64,000 nucleotides of DNA from Candidatus Poriferihabitaceae bacterium (lineage in GTDB: Bacteria > Pseudomonadota > Gammaproteobacteria > Arenicellales > Poriferihabitantaceae). Position 1 is the first letter of the stretch; each line of letters starts with the position of its first letter. The notes under the pieces are model-generated. The model was not told the origin of the DNA and searched no databases. It saw only the letters and a program-made list of their open reading frames with translations. The DNA lies in contig CBDEGO010000006.1 of the NCBI GenBank assembly GCA_965237995.1, positions 363,208-427,207 of the forward strand, written 5' to 3'. This document shows positions 58,096-64,000 of this stretch, piece after piece. A program made the translations under genes and the position numbers.

Positions 58096-60495
58096 TCATG
58101 GTATCAACGATCGTTCAGCAACACCGATACTGCGTGATAGCGCATTAAATTGCTCTGGATCTTTTTCGAATATTTTATCTAATACATAGTTAGCTAACGT
58201 CGGGATCTCAGGCACTTCGATTGGCTTCATACTTCGATCGAATATACTTCCTAGATGGGAAAGCTCATTTGAGATTCTCCCTGATACCACTCCTGCCTGA
58301 GTGTCAGAACCAAAGAACATTTTAAGTCGTTCCTTATCGCTTTCGTCAGATGGATATTTATAAAATAAATAAGCTTCTAAGAACTTTCGTAAGTTGTTAC
58401 CAAAGTTATAGAATATTTCATGTGGATCTGATTGCGAAGCATTCGCACATTTTACGATCTGTTCAAACAGATAATTGAACTCCGTTGAATATTTCCGTAA
58501 GTAATCAGGTAACCTTTTAATCACACTTTTTTTATCAGATTCTCTCTCAATAAGAAACTGCTCGCGTTGATTTTTTGGGCTTTCGAGTTGTTTAAGGTAT
58601 TTTAGAAAATCTAAGTTGTGTGTAGAGATGAAAATTTGATCGTGAGGAAATATTCTTTTACCAGAGGCGTCTTTGCCCGTAGAGCTTACAATTTGACTTG
58701 CGATTAAGCTGTAAATAAAGAAAACATGATTGCTATCTAAACTGGAAATTGGATCATCGATATAGATAATGAGTTTTTTGCCCTGAGTTTCCGGTTCTTC
58801 CAACTTTGCCATAAAATAGCAAAAGGCGATGATACTGCACTCCCCTTCACTTAAGTTGTGCGCTAAAACGCCATCACGTTTGATACTAAATTTGAAAATC
58901 TTAGTATCATCATCAATTTGTTCTGCATCAAGGCGAATTCCACCATGTCCAAAATGGTGACTTAGGTACTCGTTTACTTTCTCCGCACCTTTGGTTTCAT
59001 CTTTTAATAAAACTTTGAGTGCTTCTAAACGTTGCTGTGCTTGGCCTACCGTATTTAGGGTTTGGACAGTTTCACTAGCAGCAGCTATTAAAGCTGTTTT
59101 CTTAACAGTAACACCAATAACACTCGCCTTATAATCAATATCACGATGGAAGGCTGCTACTTCATTGAGGGTTAACGCTCGCTTTGCTTCCTTTTTCGAT
59201 TGATCGATAGAATCGGTATGAGTGTTGTTAGTTTTTATAACCTTGTTTAGAGACGTGATTAGCGCCGTCAAGTCGGCACCTTCTATGGCTGGATCTATAA
59301 ACTCAAGCGGGTCAAAAATAGATTGTTTACGTGCCTCTAGTTGTGTAACTAAGCCGTCAACTTTAGCGTTATAGGAAGTTACCGATTCTTTGATTTGTTT
59401 GAGCGTTGAGTTAAAGTCAGATTTTTGTAACTCATAAAACTCACCTTCCTCTGGTAAATTAAAGTTGTCGATAGAAAGCTTAAGCGCCTTAAGTGAAGAG
59501 ACTTCTGCGAGTAACTGTTTTTCAAGCTCTTGTGATTCTTTGTTAAAATGTGCGTCTAGATTAGACCACAGTTCTTTGGATAACTCGTTTTTGCAAAAAG
59601 CACATTTTTCCCGTTTGCCTTCATGTAACTCACGGCCGCGTTTTACCCAGGCTTGCAACAGAGAATCTTCGAGCAGTTCTTGTATCGGCTGACTGGTTTG
59701 TATTTTCTTTTCAGCTAACTCTTTAACTATTTCAGATCTTTCTTCAAGAGAGGGAATCGAGACTTCCAATTCATCTATTTCTTCCAATGGCGTTTCTTGT
59801 GCTATCTTTGAGAGTTCAATCACCTTTTCTTCATCAAGCTGATACTCATCTAAGGCACTCTCTACTTGTTCTAAATCTTTAGTGATCTTAATAATATTAT
59901 AGTTTGGATCACCGTAGATGCTGTTGTATTTAATGCCATGATTAGTATCTAGGGCCTTGGTTTTTAGTTTAGTGTCAAGGGCCTTGCTCTCAGCTAAGTG
60001 TTCTTGCTTAGCGGTTCTTTCAGCATTTTGTGCAATGAAGAGCTTTCCCAATAATGTATCAGCCTTATCTTCATTTCCTAAGTTTTCTTCGGCTGTTTCG
60101 ATCTGAGTAGTCACCTCAACGTTCACACCTCCAACTATTGCGAACGGAGTCACATCGTTATTTTGATCACGTAGAAACCCTAAGTGCGTATCAACAAAGT
60201 CTTTGTTATAAACGCGTACATCTAAATTTGATGTTGCTAAATTTACCGCATCATAGGTATCACTTCCAACCTGCACTTGATAGTCATGATGGTCAAATTT
60301 TTCTGGAGGCTGCTTGGTTTCAAGCGAACGGACAATCTTGGAAATCGTCGTCTTGCCAGAGTAGTTTCTACCATAAATGATATTCAGGTATTTGAATTCA
60401 GTTGGATTCCCTTTTTCATCACTATCGAGCGACGTCCAATCAAAGCCGTCGAAGCATCCCATGTTACCAATATTGATTGACTTTATTTTGGTCAC
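58096..60495 (-). CDS. rloC: RloC-like anticodon nuclease (AAA_13 ABC-ATPase with zinc hook plus HEPN)
   Basis: Walker A YGRNYSGKTT, coiled coil with central CAFC, signature LSEGE, Walker B IYIDDPISSLD, ISTHN, HEPN-like RKFLEAYL and RISNELSH; GTG start with a GAGG SD; AT-richer than the backbone. Confidence 0.85.
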   Translation of the reverse strand: MTKIKSINIGNMGCFDGFDWTSLDSDEKGNPTEFKYLNIIYGRNYSGKTTISKIVRSLETKQPPEKFDHHDYQVQVGSDTYDAVNLATSNLDVRVYNKDFVDTHLGFLRDQNNDVTPFAIVGGVNVEVTTQIETAEENLGNEDKADTLLGKLFIAQNAERTAKQEHLAESKALDTKLKTKALDTNHGIKYNSIYGDPNYNIIKITKDLEQVESALDEYQLDEEKVIELSKIAQETPLEEIDELEVSIPSLEERSEIVKELAEKKIQTSQPIQELLEDSLLQAWVKRGRELHEGKREKCAFCKNELSKELWSNLDAHFNKESQELEKQLLAEVSSLKALKLSIDNFNLPEEGEFYELQKSDFNSTLKQIKESVTSYNAKVDGLVTQLEARKQSIFDPLEFIDPAIEGADLTALITSLNKVIKTNNTHTDSIDQSKKEAKRALTLNEVAAFHRDIDYKASVIGVTVKKTALIAAASETVQTLNTVGQAQQRLEALKVLLKDETKGAEKVNEYLSHHFGHGGIRLDAEQIDDDTKIFKFSIKRDGVLAHNLSEGECSIIAFCYFMAKLEEPETQGKKLIIYIDDPISSLDSNHVFFIYSLIASQIVSSTGKDASGKRIFPHDQIFISTHNLDFLKYLKQLESPKNQREQFLIERESDKKSVIKRLPDYLRKYSTEFNYLFEQIVKCANASQSDPHEIFYNFGNNLRKFLEAYLFYKYPSDESDKERLKMFFGSDTQAGVVSGRISNELSHLGSIFDRSMKPIEVPEIPTLANYVLDKIFEKDPEQFNALSRSIGVAERSLIP

Positions 60496-60732
60496 CTAAG
60501 ACCTCACTACTCTAGGTTGAATTAATTGCATACAATTATAAGACACATACTCCTTTAAACTTAGATAGTTTAATAACATTCGATTATCTACTTTTTATAT
60601 AAATTCCCAACGTTTGATTTAAGTATGCTGGTTAACCTGATTGAAATACAGAGTCTGACGCCTACAGCTTGCTTTTATTTATTTTCTACCTACCCAACTT
60701 TTGCCTTATCGGTATCTTCCAAGTAACAGAGT

Positions 60733-60757
60733 AATCAAGGGGTCAGCCAACTTGATT
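60733..60757. repeat. REP-like hairpin
   Basis: AATCAAG-GGGTCAGCCAA-CTTGATT. A related degenerate motif in opposite orientation (GAGTCTGACGCCTACAGC) lies at 60651-60668. Confidence 0.45.
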
Positions 60758-60760
60758 GTG

Positions 60761-60839
60761 TGGGCTAATCTGGTTGGCGCAATGGTCGGTGTTGCTGCTA
60801 ATAACCGGTAGTTTGCTGTCTTGGTCTTTAGGCACTTGG
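60761..60839 (+). repeat. 79-bp direct repeat, copy 2 (intergenic desaturase fragment)
   Basis: 77/79 identical to 56919-56997; not followed by the rest of the gene. Confidence 0.95.
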
Positions 60840-61033
60840 GGGGAAGGTCAAGTCCAGCATCGATATGGGGCTTCATAAATTTTATGATGTCTCAATACAG
60901 AGTTATTCTTCTCATTCTCATCAATACTTAATTTTAATAGTTACTGACTACAATTAAACTAAATCTCAAAACACAAGGATGGACCAGTTTTAATGATACT
61001 ATATAAATTGGAAAAACTGAGGATTAGAAGCAG

Positions 61034-62902
61034 ATGAGTACCAACAGCGATCATTCGGGCGTCGGCGGCTATAATGCGCTACGTGTTCTCCTACCTTACG
61101 TAAAGAAAAAACTAACTGAACAGGTTAAAGGCGTTTGGTTTATCGTTTTTTATCTGTTTGTTTTTCAGCTGCTAGTGCTCGGCTTGCCCATTGTATACGC
61201 AACCATGATCACGGTTGGGTTGGTGATGGTCATCGTGGGGCTGATGTTTTTTATGGAAGGGCTGCGACTCGGGCTGATGCCTTTGGGGGAAATAATAGGC
61301 TCGCAACTGCCTGTGAAAGCTCCTATGGCGGTCATACTGGGTATTGCATTTGTTTTAGGCATTGGTGCGACCTTCGCCGAACCCGCGATAGCGGTATTGA
61401 AAGCCGCAGGAAGCGGTGTCACACCCGATAAGGCACCATTGTTGTACAGTTTGTTGAATGATTTTTCCGGTTCATTAGTTTTATGCGTCGGTGTCGGAGT
61501 TGGTTTTGCTGTGGTGCTCGGAATTCTTCGCTTTTTCTATCAATGGTCTCTTAAGTTATTAGTCATTCCGTTTATTGTTGTGTTGACATCGATCACCTGG
61601 TGGATGAGCGGCAATGAGATACTGCAACCCATTTTGGGTTTGGCTTGGGATTGTGGCGCAGTAACCACTGGCCCTGTTACCGTGCCCTTGGTGCTCGCAT
61701 TGGGCATTGGAGTATGTCGTATAGTGGGAAATGGAGATTCTGCTGAATCTGGGTTTGGTATTGTTACTTTAGCCTCCTTATTTCCCATTCTTGCAGTGAT
61801 GCTGCTTGGGATATTTCACTATCAAGCTGAAGACTACTATGGAGGGGCTAATTACCAAGGCGAGCTGATTGAGCAGTCAGCTAGTGCAAACACCTCTAGT
61901 GAATCTTTCTCAGCAGCAGATAAGAGTGAAACCATTAAAGACTATACGGTAGTCGAGTTACTGCATTATCGACAAACTCAAGAAATACCGGCAGATGCTG
62001 AAATCAGTTATCGGGCGGGTAACCCTAAAATTGTGGATGGACAAATCGTTCTGCAAGACCCTGAAGTGGTCATTAGTCGAGGTCGTGCGATCAGCGTAAT
62101 TGAAGGCATTGATCAATGGGATGAGAAGAGCAACTTATGGGTAGAAATTCGCAATGCAACGCTTGCCGCCCTACAAGCTATTCTGCCCTTATGTTTGTTT
62201 TTGTATTGCGTCTTGCGATTTGTACTACGTGAGAACCCGCGGCAATCAGAAGATTTGGCAGTTGGAATTGGGATGGCGGTAATTGGTATGGCCTGCTTTA
62301 GTTTAGGCATCACCTTAGGGCTGACCCCACTGGGTAGCCAAGTGGGTCACAATGTTCCTTCAACTTTTGCTGAAATCATTCCTTGGGGCCATACGGCCTT
62401 TCAAGGGCCGACTATTGGAAGTGGAGAAGCTGGCAAGCTTGTAGCGATTGCTTTCGCCTTTTTTCTTGGCTATGGCGCAACTTTAGCCGAGCCCGCGCTT
62501 AACGCATTAGGAGAGACAGTGGAACGAATTACGGTAGGTGCGTTTAAAAAGAAATTACTGATGCAGGCAGTTGCCCTTGGTGTAGGCATCGGTATTGCCA
62601 CCGGAATTACCAAGATGGTTTACGATATTCCGTTGCATTGGTTGTTGATACCGCCCTATCTATTCTTGATCTTTTTAACCTTAATCAGCTCCGAAGAGTT
62701 TGTTAACTTCGGTTGGGACAGTGCGGGCGTAACCACTGGGCCAATTACCGTTCCGCTGGTGTTGGCAATGGGCCTTGGTGTAGGTGGTGTGGTGCCTAAC
62801 GTGCTTGATGGTTTTGGAATTTTGGCGTTGGCTTCAGTAGGCCCGATTCTGACGGTGCTTACCGTTGGGCTGATTGTTAAACACACAACAGATAACGGGT
62901 AG
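61034..62902 (+). CDS. DUF1538 membrane protein with two DUF1538 halves fused
   Basis: Duplicated motifs G..AT.AEPA and WD.(G/A).VTTGP.TVPLVLA.G.GV...GFGI..LAS in both halves, joined by a hydrophilic loop. Confidence 0.88.
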   Translation: MSTNSDHSGVGGYNALRVLLPYVKKKLTEQVKGVWFIVFYLFVFQLLVLGLPIVYATMITVGLVMVIVGLMFFMEGLRLGLMPLGEIIGSQLPVKAPMAVILGIAFVLGIGATFAEPAIAVLKAAGSGVTPDKAPLLYSLLNDFSGSLVLCVGVGVGFAVVLGILRFFYQWSLKLLVIPFIVVLTSITWWMSGNEILQPILGLAWDCGAVTTGPVTVPLVLALGIGVCRIVGNGDSAESGFGIVTLASLFPILAVMLLGIFHYQAEDYYGGANYQGELIEQSASANTSSESFSAADKSETIKDYTVVELLHYRQTQEIPADAEISYRAGNPKIVDGQIVLQDPEVVISRGRAISVIEGIDQWDEKSNLWVEIRNATLAALQAILPLCLFLYCVLRFVLRENPRQSEDLAVGIGMAVIGMACFSLGITLGLTPLGSQVGHNVPSTFAEIIPWGHTAFQGPTIGSGEAGKLVAIAFAFFLGYGATLAEPALNALGETVERITVGAFKKKLLMQAVALGVGIGIATGITKMVYDIPLHWLLIPPYLFLIFLTLISSEEFVNFGWDSAGVTTGPITVPLVLAMGLGVGGVVPNVLDGFGILALASVGPILTVLTVGLIVKHTTDNG

Positions 62903-62909
62903 CGCTGAA

Positions 62910-64000
62910 ATGAAAAAATTAAATAATATGTCGCGTTTGGTCGCAATCTTACCTAGGAACAATACAGCAGAAGTTGTGGAAGCAGTTTTTACTGAAACCA
63001 ATAGCCACGCCATGATTTTCCCCGCTAGGGGCACCTTGGTACGAGAGCGTTGGTACCAGAAATTTCTGCCTGTTATCAGCCCAGAGCAAGAACACATGGT
63101 GATGCTATTGCCAAACGACAAACTAGAGGAGGTGATTTACCGCATCATTGAAGTCAGTAAACTCCGAAAAAATGGCGCTGGCGCGATTATGGCGACCCCT
63201 TGTACCCACTTTAGCTGTGGCGATGGATACGCCTTATGGCCCAGTGATCTCGCAGACGATGCTCCACAAGAACCAGCAACGGAGGAAGCCAACCTTTGGG
63301 CAATTAATTATATTGCCCAGCCCGAACAGTCTGATCAAATCTGCAAAGCGGCTATTGACGCAGGTGCGCACGGCCCAAGTATCAATTTTTGTGAAGGAAA
63401 GGGCCAGCGTAGCCAGATCAGCTTGCTGCGCGTAACCAGTGAAAAAACCAAAGAAGCGATGACGGTCATCGCTGATTCAATAGACGTAGACGGCATTTAT
63501 GAGTCAATGGCAGAAGCGGCGCAGCCAACTTTGCCGGGGCGGGGAATTATGTATAAGGAGCCCGTCAGTAAAGGCTTGGTGAACCTTCCTGGTATTTTTC
63601 ATCATGCGAAGAATGCGGCTAGTATGCAACAAATAGTGCGGGCGATTGATTCTCTAACCGGCAGTAAAGAGTGGCGAGATCAAAGCGTTGTAGACTTTAG
63701 TCTGGATGGAAAGTCAGCCGGTTTGAACATGATTCGCCGCTTAGAACATCAGTTAACTGATGATGAAGAATCGCGGTCATCCTTTCATATCGCGATAGAT
63801 CGCAATCAAGAAGACAAGCTAAAAGACTTTTTATTGAAAGAGGTCGGTATCCAAGGGATGACTGTCACCCAATCGATGTACGTTGGTCAGGAATATATGA
63901 ACCACTCAGGCTTAACTCATAATCACCAAGAGCGATCGATCATCAAAACCATTGTCAAAGACAGTGACGTAACTTCGATAAGAGACTCGGTTGATGCCTA
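62910..64000 (+). CDS. multi-domain P-II-like (GlnB-fold) protein, 3'-partial
   Basis: Open frame from ATG 62910 to the window end (absent from the ORF track). Repeated P-II-like units: ARGT...PEQE...GAGAIMATP and AAIDAGAHGPSI..CEGKG...KE...PGRGIMYKEPV, plus a probable third unit (GIQGMTV). Confidence 0.8.
   Translation, partial: MKKLNNMSRLVAILPRNNTAEVVEAVFTETNSHAMIFPARGTLVRERWYQKFLPVISPEQEHMVMLLPNDKLEEVIYRIIEVSKLRKNGAGAIMATPCTHFSCGDGYALWPSDLADDAPQEPATEEANLWAINYIAQPEQSDQICKAAIDAGAHGPSINFCEGKGQRSQISLLRVTSEKTKEAMTVIADSIDVDGIYESMAEAAQPTLPGRGIMYKEPVSKGLVNLPGIFHHAKNAASMQQIVRAIDSLTGSKEWRDQSVVDFSLDGKSAGLNMIRRLEHQLTDDEESRSSFHIAIDRNQEDKLKDFLLKEVGIQGMTVTQSMYVGQEYMNHSGLTHNHQERSIIKTIVKDSDVTSIRDSVDA

Noticed and set aside
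56919-60839. 79-bp repeat pair as a diversity-generating retroelement TR/VR
   Set aside because: Only two mismatches, not confined to adenines on one strand. The repeat is in the 5' TM region of the gene, and there is no reverse transcriptase in the window.
56919-60839. 79-bp repeat pair as attL/attR of an integrative element
   Set aside because: No integrase, and the displaced remainder of the target gene does not follow the second copy.
63148-63435. 95-aa ORF from the track
   Set aside because: An out-of-frame shadow inside the longer P-II-like frame starting at 62910.
1-64000. Numerous 60-150 aa antisense or overlapping ORFs in the track; tRNA/rRNA genes
   Set aside because: The short ORFs lie opposite or within well-supported genes and have no motifs. 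No tRNA cloverleaf or rRNA-like sequence was seen in the intergenic regions.

Overview
A chromosomal segment from a probably marine gammaproteobacterium (GC in the mid-40s % by eye). The housekeeping backbone includes hemCD, argS, trxA, rhlB, proA, nlpD-like, ggt, gpsA-secB, envC-ctpA, gltA, nhaB and ibpA. Four accessory pieces stand out. (1) A 2062-bp non-autonomous Tn3-family cassette (22241-24302) has 38-bp ...TACGCTAAG terminal inverted repeats, a perfect 5-bp AACTT target duplication and no transposase or resolvase. It carries one orphan 492-aa secreted protein plus a nested MITE-like element. (2) An ~11-kb catabolic region (47015-57858) holds a LysR / BCCT / DmdR-like GntR module. Next to it is an operon for a gamma-glutamyl-amide-ligase-type GS homologue, an alpha/beta hydrolase, a Rieske oxygenase and a D-2-hydroxyacid dehydrogenase, with an Lrp regulator and a divergent MocD-like di-iron enzyme. 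This combination matches no pathway I can name. (3) An AT-richer RloC-type anticodon-nuclease defence gene is followed by REP-like hairpins and a 79-bp near-identical copy of part of the neighbouring desaturase gene. (4) A fused double-DUF1538 membrane protein is followed by a multi-P-II-domain protein that runs off the window. No rRNA, tRNA, CRISPR array, integrase or transposase gene was seen. All family assignments come from motif recognition by eye, not database searches.
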